Shown here one piece after another: positions 49,201 to 62,350 of a DNA stretch of 64,000 nucleotides; the stretch's first letter is position 1; each line of letters opens with the position of its first letter. The DNA is from Rhina ancylostomus. Its lineage: Eukaryota. The DNA is taken from positions 58,524,156 to 58,588,155 of the forward strand of contig JARFYF010000002.1 in assembly GCA_030265395.1 (NCBI GenBank). The letters are read 5' to 3'. Position numbers and translations under genes: made by a program. A model generated the notes under the pieces. That model was not told the origin of the DNA and ran no database searches. It worked only from the letters and a program-made list of their open reading frames with translations.

Positions 49201-50244
49201 AAATGATTTTGTAATATAAAGGAATTTCTGATGCTGGAAAATTCAGCACACTTACATTGTGGCAACAATACTATAGAGAAATGACTGCTCATACAAAGGA
49301 ATCTTTACAAGTGGAGAAATATTTGTTAAGTAAACAAAAATGATATAAAAGATACTTACATAAAGTAAAAGGAGAACACACCCAAAGATATTTGAATGGA
49401 TTTCAATAAAATCATGCCAGTGGTGACATGAATGTTTTATGTGAAACACTGTGTACCATTGTATTTTACAATGACTATGATTAAAGCACTTCAGTGGTAT
49501 GTTTCAACACACAGTAAATACTTAGGCTTGTACTGTGCATACTTTTTCAACTATTCAAATTATTGGACAGAAAATAATGTCCAATGCATGTCTTAATTTC
49601 TGAATCATGTTGTTGATAGCTGAAGCTTATAAAACACGTCTCTTTGCATCATTTCAATACTCAGTCTCTGCAGGAAAAGAAAGAGATTTTCAAAATTTGG
49701 ATTTATATTTTACTGATTATTGCAAAAAAATGTCAGCAAGCTTTAGTTCTGCTTTTGCAAAGAGGCAAAAGGAAACAAATGACAAACAGAGCTGCTCAAA
49801 ATTTGGTTGAATAAATGAGCTTTGAATTTGTTCTTGAATCCATAGAGTTCAGACTGAAGGGAAAGGGAATGCTTAGAAGATAATCAGAGCAACAGCCATT
49901 CAACAAGAACAAAGGGCTTGCAAGGGAAGAGCAAAAATGCTTTGTAACTATCTAACTGGAAGTTATTGCAGATCACAAGTGCCTGGTGAGGTGCCTTGGA
50001 TAACTTGAACAAGTTGGGGAAAAAAATGGCAGATGCAGTATAACATGGATAAATGTGAAGTTATCAACAGGAGGGGTNNNNNNNNNNNNNNNNNNNNNNN
50101 NNNNNNNNNNNNNNNNNNNNNNNNNNNNNNNNNNNNNNNNNNNNNNNNNNNNNNNNNNNNNNNNNNNNNNNNNNNNNCAAGTTGGGGAAAAAAATGGCGG
50201 ATGCAGTATAACATGGATAAATGTGAAGTTATCAACAGGAGGGG

Positions 50245-50378
50245 TGATGTTGGAGGAAAACAGAAAGCCTTCACAGTCACAGGGACAGCTGCAAACTCCA
50301 CAGAAACACCACAGGTCAAGATTGAACCCGAGTCACTGGAGCTGTGAGGTAGCATCTCTATTAGTTCTGCCATTATGC
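50245..50378 (-). mobile_element. HE1/V-SINE-type SINE 5' half
   Basis: gtcacagggacagctgcaaactccacaga...aagattgaacccgagtcactggagctgtgaggtagc (V-domain plus tRNA head). Confidence 0.8.
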
Positions 50379-50569
50379 TGCCTAAAGAGAAAGGTGGTGG
50401 ATTATTGAAATATTAGGCTGGGAAGCAGTGATGTAAAAAACAGACCTGGGTATCTGCAGGTGCAGGTAAGAAAGGGTGGAATAGTATGCTGGCTTCCAAA
50501 ATAGAAGGATTTGAGTGAAAGAGCTTCTGACAATTATACTGGGCCTTCATGAAATCAGAACAGTTATTC

Positions 50570-51490
50570 ATGTACCCAGCTCCCTCTAAACACAAATACC
50601 TTTCAACCTCTTACCATTTAAAAGAATATACCTCTCTTTTTATCTATCAAAGTGGATTATTTCACATTATTCCACATTATATACTATCTGAGATGTCCAT
50701 ACCCATTCATTTGCCAGTCTACATACCTCTGAAACTAACTGCATCCTCCTTACTGCCCTCACTACCACCTAGCTTTGTATCATCAGCATACATGGTTACT
50801 TAAAACTTGATGACCTCATCCACATCACTGATTTAGATTGGGAATAGCCGATACACCCTTCAACTCACGACATGCCAACCTAAATATGACCTATTTATTC
50901 CTACCACATTTTTGTCCAATCCTCCCTCCATATTAGTGTAATACCCCAAACACCAACTGCTCTAAATTTGTTTATTAATCTTGTGTGGCATCTTTTCAAA
51001 GGCTTTCGAAAAGTCTAATTACATGACATCAACAGGCCTGTCATCAATTCTATTAGATATAAATGTAAAAAAATTTCAAAAGCGTTATCAAACAGGATTT
51101 CCCTTTCAGATGTCCATGTTGACTTTGCCCAATCCTATTATTATTTTGCAAGTGTTATACAACTACTTTCTTATTACTAAATTCCAGGATTTTCCCTACT
51201 ACATATGTTATGCTAACTAGTCAATGGTTTTATGTTTTTCTTAAATACAAGGGTTACATTTGCAGCCTTCCAAACTTGGGGAAATATTGTAGAATCTACA
51301 GAATTTAGAAAGATGATAACTAGTGCAACAACTATTTCAAAATCCTCAGTTGCAAGTCAGCAGGTTATGAGGATTGTTTACCTTTTGCCCCAATAGTTTT
51401 TGCAATATTAGTTTTTCAGTCAGTAACACAACCTTTTTTGAGCTCCTTATTTACTTCTGACCTGTAGTTCACAGTTATTTCCAGGAGGTT
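50570..51490 (-). mobile_element. CR1 LINE RT region, decayed
   Basis: rc of agctttgtatcatcagcata gives YADDTK; rc of tcaaaggctttcgaaaagtc gives DFSKAF; an rc QHG.KGKS-like segment lies near 51100. Confidence 0.8.
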
Positions 51491-51759
51491 TCTTGCTTCA
51501 TATCCCCCTCTTATGTTGCACACATGATGACATCATCAACTTGAGCCAAACCCATCAATTACTTACCAAGAGAAATTGGAGGAAAATTGGAGGCAACCTG
51601 CAACCTTTATTTATAACTCACAACAAAACTGGGAGAACATGATATAAAAAGTAGTGAATCGTGTGATCTAGAGTGCCCCTGTTTGGATTAATGTTTTTAT
51701 ATTTTGTAAACTCTTTTGGTCAATGCTAAATAAAATACGTTTCATTGTCTGCATTCCTG

Positions 51760-52100
51760 AGCACACTTCGATGCATTTGCCCACTGATAGATCCCAGATG
51801 CCCTAATCCATGGCCCCAATGCTGCCACTGTCCTCTCCATGTGCTTTGGGGGTGGGAGAGGCCCATCTGAAGGTCTACAAGCCGTAACTCACTTCTTTTA
51901 CTCCACCTCCCATTTTTCCACTATCACTCCACCAGTTTTCATGGCATCCCTTTGTGGTAATGCTTCTTAAAGGGAGGGAAGCACAAAAATAATCTTTAAA
52001 GCAAGGATGCCTAAATGTTATGCTTATTTTTTGTAACAATTGATTTGGCATTTGGTGCCCATTTAGCCTATCAATATGGGTGAAATTCAATCTCTAGGTG
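51760..52100 (-). mobile_element. Possible RTE 3' end remnant
   Basis: rc HIDRLNGHQMPNQLL...HPCFKD resembles the RTE HV.RM...RLPKQLL...RFKD end. Weak. Confidence 0.35.
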
Positions 52101-52980
52101 CATTTTCATTAGCGTATAGTTAAATTTTCTTGTTTTCTGTTCAGCAAAGCATCAAGGCCCATGTGTTTTTTATTTACATTTATTATGTCTTCATTTAATG
52201 TACCTTTTAAATAATCTTTGTTGCTACATAGTTGCTCTTACAGCATGATTAATCCTGCCTTAATTGGCCCTTTTGTGAACCTTCATGTAATATGTTAGTG
52301 TATGCTGTACAGAGTATGATGAAAGAATGAACAAATCAGTGGCAAAATCTTCTGAGATTTGCTTCATTACAAGTAAAATTGCTCCCACATTTGAAATTAC
52401 ACACATACACTGCCTTCCAGGAGCATGAGTATAAGAAACATTCTAAGGTCAGCCAAATCTATGTTCTCCTAAGCTTAAAGTTTGTTTTTTTCTATTCAAT
52501 ACATTTGTAGGATTAAGACTACAAAGGTTACTCCCCAAACATATACTAATAGATTCAACAGGTTTGTTAAGTATGCAGAAATGTGCAAATAATGAAATGC
52601 AGGGAATCCTTATGGGTCTCTTCAGAATATGTTTTGCTGTACTTTACTTGGGTTACTTACAGCTTTAGATTTTTGGATTACTATTATCATTACATCATGC
52701 TCTTATATATCTTCTGCTCAAATTGATCTATGCTGCCTTTAATATTCTGTTGTATAATATTTTTTTGGTTTTGACTGTGTGCTCCTTTGTTTGTTGACTA
52801 TCACTAGGATCTCAATTTAAAGGAGTTCACTCCTTTACACTTTAATACAGAAAGTTCCATGACTGGTACCTTCGATCGATATGAAAAGGGAATATATAAT
52901 TATGTTTGAAACTCAGTGGCTCTATTAGTAGACCAACTGACTGGCTCATAATGTAATTTATCTATTTCAAAAAATAAAAT

Positions 52981-53150
52981 AGGAGAGATTTTTCCCGAGT
53001 CTTTTTTCATGTGCACTGGGTGTAGATGAATATTGAAAAATCTGGCATTTCAGAGCACTCAAATTCTTCTGCAGAAACTGATGAAAATTAGACATATGCT
53101 TCTACTATAAATTTGTTGTGGCGAGGCTAAGCCCCAGGAAAATCTGCCCC
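52981..53150. mobile_element. Possible Harbinger-type MITE
   Basis: Imperfect TIRs: ggagagatttttcc at the left and ggaaaatctgcccc at the right (rc ggggcagattttcc). No clear TSD. Confidence 0.35.
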
Positions 53151-54444
53151 GGTGTGCTAATAAAGTGATGTCTGACAACATTAAAACAACAATACCTTTG
53201 GTTTTGGTTGCCACCACTTGTATGCCGCTTCTCATTTATTTCTCAAGAAATAAAGTTCCCACTGCCATTAATCAGGTTTCATGAGCACTCTTCTGAAATT
53301 GAAAAGTCAGAATAATAAATAAATAGAAGTTGAAATGTTGAGTTGTTAAATCTCCAAATAACAAAGAGCTCACAGATTTGGGAATATAGAAACCTAAGAG
53401 GGAGCAAAGAGGAAACACTAACATGTTGTAATTAGCAGCAGTAACACAGGTGACAAGCTCTGATGGAAGGGTCTACACCTAAAATATTAACCCTTCCTTC
53501 TTTGAAGTAGTGGATTGCTGTGCATCTCTACCATTTTTTGTTTCAATTTCAACTTTCTGGAATTAATAATTTATCTTTTTATTTCTGCTGAATATGAAGA
53601 TTTGTTTTAATCTCCTTGATTACCACTTGTGTTCACATTTACAAATTAGAATTGTTTCCTGAAACTGGTAAAAGATTTAAAGTCAATAACATCAGATTTC
53701 AGAATTTGAGACAATGCAAATGAAAGACTATAGACTCAAAGCAGGATTTTACTGAATGCAATAAAGGTAATTTGATTATAAAATCACAATAGAACCACAC
53801 ATTTGGACAGTAACATTGAATTACATAATGTGCAGGGATAATCTAAGAAGAACAACAGGGTTCTTAGAATGGTCTTTTCTTATAGAGATCAAAATATTTT
53901 ACAAAACTAATGGACTTATTAAAAAACATGATGCATGCCCTGGGCTGTATAGGTTCTGGGAAGGNNNNNNNNNNNNNNNNNNNNNNNNNNNNNNNNNNNN
54001 NNNNNNNNNNNNNNNNNNNNNNNNNNNNNNNNNNNNNNNNNNNNNNNNNNNNNNNNNNNNNNNNNNNNNNNNNNNNNNNNNNNNNNNNNNNNNNNNNNNN
54101 NNNNNNNNNNNNNNNNNNNNNNNNNNNNNNNNNNNNNNNNNNNNNNNNNNNNNNNNNNNNNNNNNNNNNNNNNNNNNNNNNNNNNNTATGAACTGTTGTT
54201 CTGGACTGACCAACAAATAGTTAGTTTTGTCACTTTCACCCCGTCAAACTATTTCATAATTTCATGTCTGATGGGTTTCCTTTTTGTCCTTTCTGAAGAC
54301 AAGAGTCCCAGTATTCTAAATGCTTTCTCAGTGGTTGCGTCCTCTTAATGCTGCCAGCAGCCTTTACAGACTTCATTGCACTTTCCTCAATTTTCCAAAG
54401 CCCATTTGTAATACCCCACTACAGTGGCTCCTGACAGTTATCCT

Positions 54445-54805
54445 TTTTATTCATTCACAGGATACGAACATCACTGGCAATGCCAGCATTTATCTCCCGT
54501 TGACAATCGCCTCTGAACAGAGGAGATATTGAAGAATCAACCATATTGGTTACTCTGGAGTCACATATCAAGCAGATAAGGTAAGAGTGGCAAATTACTT
54601 TCCCTGTAGGATATTGGTGAATTAGATGGTATTTTTACTATTTCATGGCTATTGATATTGAGCCTAGTTTTATTTTAAGAAGAATAAATTTCATGTGTGT
54701 GTGTAATTGCTCGGATTTAAATATACTGGGATTCAAAGTTATTTATGTGGCTCAATGGTCTAGAACTCTGGCTGCTGGACTTGTAATTTAACTGTTATGC
54801 CAACT
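54445..54805 (-). mobile_element. Elasmobranch tRNA SINE with LINE-like tail
   Basis: catcactggcaatgccagcatttat (LINE tail rc), ctggagtcacatatc...ggtaagagtggc...ttccctgtaggatattggtgaa and ctgggattcaaa (B box rc). Confidence 0.7.
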
Positions 54806-54807
54806 CA

Positions 54808-54984
54808 TAGTGGCGTAGATAATAGAGCCACTACACATGTCCACTGTCCCAGGTGTGCTGCCTCTCTGGAGTTTGTACATTCACCCTGTGACTGCATGGG
54901 TTTCCTATGCATGCTCCAGTTTCCTCCCACATCCCAAGGAATTGAGAGTTGGTAGATTAATTGACCACTGCAAATTGCCCACAC

Positions 54985-55050
<66 letters not shown>

Positions 55051-55215
55051 TGTGTGTGGGGTAGAACATGGGGGTCAGGGTAACAAAGAGTTAATGGAAA
55101 TATGGGGAGAGAAAAAAAAATGGGTTAGGCTATGATTAGTATCAATAGGTGCCTGATGGTCAGCACAGACTCAGTGGGCTGAATGGCCTGTCTAGGTGCC
55201 CATCTCTGTGTGATA
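54808..55215 (+). mobile_element. HE1/V-SINE-type SINE with an internal (TG)n expansion
   Basis: gtggcgtagataatagagcc head, ggagtttgtacattcaccctgtgactgcatgggtttcc...gtttcctcccacatcccaa V-domain and tail cagtgggctgaatggcctg. Confidence 0.85.
54986..55058. repeat. (TG)n microsatellite
   Basis: About 30 uninterrupted TG units followed by a short degenerate extension. Confidence 0.98.
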
Positions 55216-55269
55216 CTATTTCAGCATGTCTGGTGAAGTCCTAGATGATATGACAGTTTCAATTATATA

Positions 55270-55535
55270 CAACAATCTGCTGGAGGAAGTCAATGGGTTG
55301 AGCAGCATCTGAGGGAGATATTGGTATATTATTGCCACTTGTACTGAGGTAGAGTGAAAAACTTGTCTTGCATGCCGTTCATCTCGATCAATTCAAATAA
55401 ATTGTTGACGTTTCTTGACAGGAGGAAGGAAACGTTGGCAATTTCTTTCCTCCCACGGATGCTGCTCGACTTGCTGAGTTCCTCCAGCAGATTGTTTGTT
55501 GCTCCAGATTCCAGCATCTGCTGTCTCTTGTGCCC
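55270..55535. mobile_element. Inverted pair of Penelope termini with a Rex-type 3' UTR piece inserted in the left arm
   Basis: Left arm (-): aatctgctggaggaa...gcagcatc and aattgttgacgtttc. Right arm (+): gaaacgttggcaatt...gatgctgctcgacttgctgagttcctccagcagattg. Confidence 0.7.
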
Positions 55536-58049
55536 CCTCAATGAAACACAACATTTCTGCTGGTGGCAAGTCTATCGTATTGATTGCAAATTCAAACAGA
55601 TATCGTATGTGGTTAATTCCTGATATTAATAGAATAGTCATTAGACATTTCTTTTAATTGCTCTACATCCAAGGATAAAAGACAGAATCAAATATCTGAT
55701 GTTTGTCAACATGGCGCGAGTCTGCTATGCAGTATCTCTAGTTATGAATTCTTCTAACTTATTCTTATCCTCTCAGTTTAAAATAGGAGTGTAGAAAATA
55801 ATACAAACCACAAAATTAATTAATTAAAACAAGAAATGCTGGAAAGACCCAGCAGCTCAAGCAGCTTCAGTACACACAGCATTTCAGGTCAGTTTTTTAA
55901 AAAAATCACCAATTATTGACTGAGTTACCAGCTATGGAAAAATTTGACACAAAAATACACAAATGTGGGATCTAAACTTAAAATGATACTGATAAAAGAA
56001 TAATTGTTCAAAGTGGCTTCTCAATATATTTTCAGATTTACAGAAGCAAAATGTCATTGTTTGCTTGAATACATGTAATTCTATCTGGACACCTTTGCCC
56101 TACTGCACTTGGTTGTGCATGTCAAGTGGAAGGCAAGGACTGAACCACACTGTGACCTCATTTTCCAAGGGGAGTATGGGAATGTGTGCAAACAAATTCA
56201 ATTACTGCTGCAAACTAGCTATTAAAAGGGTTTACACCAAAATCTTGCTTTACATTTGTTGTTCTTGCTATTCTTTTCCTATTAGCATACCATGAGGACT
56301 GATTCAAGTTGAATGTTTCCAGTCAAACCTAATTTCTCATAAATTTACCAACTGGTTAAAAGAGAAAAAAAATCCTCCAGAAGTGTCTTTTGTCATTTAA
56401 TCCTGATTAAAGCTGCTTAAAAGTGCAAGGAAACATCTCCTTCTTAAATAACTTCTTGATGAAAAAGGAGGATACATTCTATTGTATTTGAAGTCAAAAC
56501 AATCAAAGTGACTGAGTCCAGAGCTATGTAGTTACTTTTTGTAAAATGGGAATATCCATAGTTTACTTGCATAGAAATGGATCTTTAAACCCTCCATAAA
56601 CCACAGGAATTTGAGAACATGAAATCATTAGCTGAATAGACTGCTATCTCATTAATTTATCTTTAATGGTATGGACATACCTGCAGCTGCCATTGTGAGC
56701 CTATCCTGACTTTGGTCCAGTTTGCTGGATTGTTCATACCATGTTTACACAGAATTTGGGAGATGTTAGAACCTGGGACCCTGCCTCCAAATTAGGGCTC
56801 TCCATAGCCCCCAGGTAAGTCTAAGATAGGAAACAAGGTCAAAAGAACTGCAAAGCCCAGATAATTGCAGAAAATCATTGACTGACAGAGTCATAATTAC
56901 ATGTTGCTATCGTTAAACACATGACATTGTATTTTTAGGCTAACAGTGACCCTATCAACCTTAAGTAATTGGAAGAAAAGGAACTAAATAGTCCAGAAAT
57001 GGTAGGGTCAGATTTGGAGGTGAACAAATAATTACTTAATACTGTTTTTAGCATCCTAAGTGTTGCAAACTGAAAGTCCCAGTGGATCTGGTATTGGCAA
57101 AATCCAAGCAAGGACAAGAGGCAGCAAGATCGGAAAAGTTTTGAACAGTCTTAAAAGCAAGGATAAGAAGGTTGACTAAATGGAAACTAGTTTACCCCAA
57201 ACATTATAATCTGCCATTTCCTGGCATTTAACCAATCTGTGGTGCATTTCCAGCAGTTCTTGATTTTATTTCAGATCTTCAGCATTTTCAATTTTTCCTT
57301 TTATTTTAATATGCTATAATTAGGAGATTCACCTAAATCAATGCCAACTGGCAGAATTATTAACGTCCCAGCCTCTGCTGCTAAATGAGATCATCCTAAA
57401 GGGTGTAANNNNNNNNNNNNNNNNNNNNNNNNNNNNNNNNNNNNNNNNNNNNNNNNNTTATCAAATAAAAAAGAAATTCAAACTGATGCCGAAAATCATA
57501 AATACGCCTTGGAAAGCGGTCCGTGTTACCTGTACAATAAGAATTCAAATCCGAAAAGAGCTTGCTTCTCTACGGGATTTAAACTCTACGCTGGGGATTT
57601 ACTATTTCTGTGGGGAGAATATAAATCTAAAATAGATGAAATAAAATAAAATTCATTGCAAAACACATATAACATAACATATGCTTTGAACTATATGTGT
57701 GCGGTGCTGACACACAAGGCAGCTAGGCATTCAGCTGTGTAATAGTCAGGGTTTTCAACTCAAACTAGAGTACTGGGTTCTTCTACTTTGGAATATGACA
57801 TAAGTCACTTGGAGTATCAAGTAAATAATGCGTTTATTTTTGGTGGTGGTGGACTCAAATGACCTGAAGCAGTAATTATTGTAGTTAATCATGTGATGTC
57901 ATTTCTTAGGGTCGTTGCAAGCCCACCAATCCTGAGGTAACAGTTGCAGTTTAAAGATAAACGTACAGGAGTCACAAACCAAAATACATAACGCAGAACA
58001 ATTTTCCTTATAAAATAATAAACAACCAACACTGTATAAGTAAGTGAAC

Positions 58050-58230
58050 ATCCTAGTAGGTTAGTTGGCAATTGTACGTACCTCTTTGTGGAGGTAAGTG
58101 GCAAAAGTCTTGAGTTGATGAAGAGACTAAGTTTTAGGGCTACAGGGAAATAGGTGAGAAGGAATGGGACTGATGGGATGGATGCATGGAACTGACAGGC
58201 TAAATGGCCTCTTTCTTTGTTGCAGTAAGT
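58050..58230 (+). mobile_element. CR1 3' end fragment
   Basis: agggctacaggga...tgggactga...gcatggaactgacaggctaaatggcctctttct is a CR1-type tail. Confidence 0.55.
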
Positions 58231-58329
58231 AAAATCAAAACTGATGTACACACATATCACATATGTCTTAATTCTCTGAAAACTTCTCAATAGTGCAAGT
58301 GTGTTTGACATAGCTGCTTTTATGCTGGT

Positions 58330-59210
58330 CATCTTTCCAGAACCTGTTATACATTTCTTTGATTTTGTTTCTCAACTCTGGTGAGCCTTCTGCTCTACAG
58401 GGACCATTCCCTCAGGATCTTCTAACTCAGTCTGATACTCATTGACATCATTGCTGACATACTTATATCTCTGAACTTGTTTGGAGGAACCTGTACACCC
58501 AATATATTCATTGCCCCTCCCTTTCTGTACTCAGACTTCACCTCGACTTTGATTTGTACACCTATCACGAGATCCTCTAATTTGAATGCTGCTTCCCTTT
58601 CCCTTTGAAGGTTTGACTTATGGCCCCCAGCTCTGCTTGCCCTTTAGAGAGCTTTGCAGTAGTGTCCAACTTGACCATGTGGATTTCTCTGAAAAATATT
58701 GTCCCAAAGTCCTGATGAATGGCCCCATTTATCGGATACAGCAAGATGACTACTCATCTCATTCTCTGAGCTGGACTTTGTCATAGATATTCCTCATTTT
58801 GAGCTTTTCTCTCATGCTCGTGGGTCACTTTGGTTGATGGTTTTGTCATCTAATTTAGAGATCCAGGTTTTGCAGCAGTTTTCACACTGTCTGCTTTGCC
58901 TGCCCTCTCATGACTTCTCATTGTTTCCAATACAACACCATTCTTCTATGCCCACATCCTTTCTTTGAGTGGTGATTCATGGTGATTCTTTGATCCTCAT
59001 CAGCACTTTTTATACTTGTTCTGTGTTGCACTTTTACTTGGGTTGCTCTACCCAATCTCCACTTCACTGAAACAAAAGGAGTGGGTCAGACAATCCCAGA
59101 CCCAAAACATCAACTGTTTCTCTTTTCAGTAGGCTGTCAGACCTGCTGAGATTTTTATTTCCAGCACTTTTATTTCACGTCTCAAGCATCTGCAGTTGTT
59201 TTGATTTTCA
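58330..59210 (+). mobile_element. Old Penelope-like element remnant (linker/GIY-YIG region to terminal repeat)
   Basis: YRDHSLR (cf. FRRDRSLRDSLV), then a pyrimidine-rich UTR and the terminal gacccaaaacatcaactg...gacctgctgag...ttccagcac. Confidence 0.5.
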
Positions 59211-60009
59211 TTTACTTCACTGCACTACTTTGAATCAATGGTGGATCATGTGATTTGGGAGGGAAGAGCCACCGGTCTGTTTGCTTCTCTTTTTCCACAA
59301 TGGGCATGGTGTTTAAAACATAATATCATTGCTCAAGTACTGTGATCTAATCCTTGCCCAACTCTGTTGGTTCCTAGCTTTCCATTGCCATAATTGTTCC
59401 TGCTGGGAGCATTTCTCCTGAGCATACATACAGTAAGACATTGTTTCTGGCCAGTGCAACTTGGTTATAGTTTAGCCTGTACAGGTTCATCAGTTAACCC
59501 GCACACCAATGTCCCTTAAGACTTATTCAAGGCATATTCTAACACTACAAAGTTTTGCTTGGTCCCTCAAATTCACCATGTACTTACAGATTGCCTCCAC
59601 TGGCATCCAGTTATGTATATTGGATTTGCATTGAAACATTTCAGATGGTGCTGTACTATGTAACACCAGTGCTTGAACTGGTGTCATGTAAGAGTCCAAG
59701 CCCGCTTTCACTATTAGCATGAATTTCTTTTACTCACAGATCACATTTTGTAGTGGTTACAGACAAAAATACCAAAGTTTTTGGCATTGAAGAACATACT
59801 TAATTTTCGTTTTAAATGGTAAACGCCTCTAGGATTCTATCATACTTACTAAGACTTCTGATACATCCCAGCTGTGCTGCTTCTACTCTCTTGTCTTGAG
59901 CCCCATTTATACATCTTACTTCAGCACTGACAGTTTCACCCCTCTGTTTTGCCGGGCTTTACTTGTCTCACTTGAACACACTCTCCAGGAAGTATCCATC
60001 CTTGTTGTC

Positions 60010-61080
60010 ATTATAATGAATTGGGTTTTTCCTAAACTCATATTGTGAACTATTACATAACACACCTAGGCAGGGAGCATTGGGGAAACAAATTTATATA
60101 CAAGGTTGTGGTATCTCAACTGAATTGGTTACAATGGTCGACTACATGACACAGTTTCTCAAGGTCATTGTGGGTTCCTCATCCTTAAAGTAACAGTTGT
60201 ACTTAAAAGCTAAAATATATGAACTACAAAACAACAAATATATATATGACAACACACATATGACAATGTTTGGCAACAAGTTAGCAATGTATGATTACGT
60301 GTCAGCATGATATTTGATCAGGAAGCAAGGCCTTAATGGAAAGAAGCAGGCTTCTTGAGCACTTCTTAAGGGGAATAATCTCACCTGCACTGAACATCTT
60401 GCCTTGAATTAGCTCCAGTAGACCAATGGATCAAATTTATTTGCATTTGCAGATGATGCTTTCTATTTTCTTTTTGAGGCCCCCTCCCCAACCACTCTGA
60501 TCCTCTCCTAATATCTCTGGTGTATAAGCAGTGGTGCCTCCTCCCACTTCCATGATAGCAAACTTAACATTATGTCACCTAAAATTATTGCACTCTTTTG
60601 GCAAGGGTTGCCATCAAGAACTGCTGTTCTGGAAGCTGAACTCATGAGAGACAACAAGAACAGTAAATTGGTGCTTCAGGCAACTCCCATAAGTGCAAGG
60701 GGTTAATTAGTGTAATTGCAGTAACGTTCTGGGATCTGCACTTCTTTTATGCATCTTTCCCCACATGTTCTGCAGACCTGGAAATTATTCCCACATGGTT
60801 CTGGATAGAGCTGGTTTGGGTCCCCCATGCAATCCCATTTAAGCTTGCCTCTTCATACAATACACAATCTTCCAGGCTGAAATCTTTTTCCAACTTTGAT
60901 GTACTTGAGGAGGCGTGGATAATATCATTAAGGCCGACCCCCTTTGGGGATATTTTCTGAAATCTGGACGTTCTGGGAGACAAGATTTTCCACTGGCAGC
61001 ATGATTTCAGAAAATGAGCAATTGGGTCACACAGTCATTGCCACAGTATCATGGGAAAGGTCTTTCTCTTGAACCATTAT
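60010..61080 (+). mobile_element. Tx1/L1-clade LINE RT remnant, very decayed
   Basis: Motifs in order: ELLHNT..., IGYNGRLHD (cf. .KINGxL), ISPAL, LFAFADDA (FADDA at 60446-60460), ISARG..SNVLGSALL (cf. LSYRGR..NNL..S.LW) and FWIELVWVPHA (cf. FFW...HWVP). Confidence 0.5.
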
Positions 61081-62077
61081 TATAACTTGGCTTGGAAAGT
61101 AAAATGGAACTGACGAGGCATAACCTTTAAAATGTCATCTGAAGGTCCATCTTATCCCACTGCACAAAACCCATTTCCTCAATGGATGCCAAGCAACTGG
61201 TTGAGTAAAATAGGCCAGTAAGAAACTTCAGCCACTTACAAATGCTACAAATGGTTATTGTTACCATAAACTAACCATCAAATAACTCTGCTACTGTTAG
61301 CCTTTACAAATCAACTCAGATAACAATCAGCTTGGCAGCAGGAACATTTTTAACAACAGTTTCTGTTTCACTGCAAGATAGCATTAAACATTTAGGATAA
61401 GCAGAACATAGTGAAGTTTGCGTTTGCCAATATTTTGTGCATGCTACTGTAAAATTAAAATTATCTAAATTATTTTATGGAATTTGGAATCAGAGAATGT
61501 TGTCTCAAAATACTTTTACACAAAATTATATTGAAGTAAACAAAAATAACCACCTAACTATATTGGCAAACTATATCTGAGGCAGGATGTGAACTTTATT
61601 TCTGGATGATATAAATGTTCTGGATGACTGCTAACACTGATTTCCCCATATTTAATAGTGAAGGCAGTCCATGTGGGACATGGTGGTTGAGATCACAGGG
61701 CTGATATACATCCACATTGGGCCTATTTATGTCTATATTTGGCACACAACATGAAGAAAAGAGGGTGGATCCCTTTTATGCTTTACAAGCACTCTAGTCA
61801 TGGGATATACATGGTTTTGGTTGAACCTTTATATGACTTTAATTGTAACTTCAAAGAAGACAAGTCATATGATTGTGGCTCAGGTGTTGTCTTCTCTTTC
61901 TACTCTGTCGTGTCAGGCACAAACTAATTATCATTTCCTTTGTACCACATTTTAATTGGTGAACAAATCAAGGAGACAGCCAGATATTACAATAGAAAGT
62001 GGAGAATTGATCTTTTTCTCACTGAGGTGAGAAGATATGCAAAGTTTGCTGATTCTAGAGTGAGGCTCCTTATAAGA

Positions 62078-62350
62078 TGGAATATGAGGAGAGGCTTAAG
62101 GTGCTAGGGCTTTACTCACTAGAGAGGAGGAGGATGAGGGGAGACATGATAGANNNNNNNNNNNNNNNNNNNNNNNNNNNNNNNNNNNNNNNNNNNNNNN
62201 NNNNNNNNNNNNNNNNNNNNNNNNNNNNNNNNNNNNNNNNNNNNNNNNNNNNNGGAAAGGGTTAGATAGTGTGAGGTATTGTTTGATAGGCGGCATAACA
62301 TGGTGGGCTGAAGGGCCTATATTGTGCTGTTTTGTTCTATGGTTCTATGG
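62078..62350 (+). mobile_element. CR1 3' end spanning a gap
   Basis: YEERLKVLGLYSLERRRMRGDMI, then the tail ggcggcataacatggtgggctgaagggcctatattgtgctg. Confidence 0.92.

Noticed and set aside
50009-50246. Apparent direct repeat of about 69 bp
   Set aside because: Same gap-flanking overlap pattern; the single mismatch suggests two haplotypes.
53816-54239. Several 90-134 aa ORFs
   Set aside because: They stay open only because they run through N stretches; the same applies to the other X-containing ORFs.
54837-55064. ORF with a poly-(CV) tract
   Set aside because: It is the translation of a (TG)n microsatellite inside a SINE.
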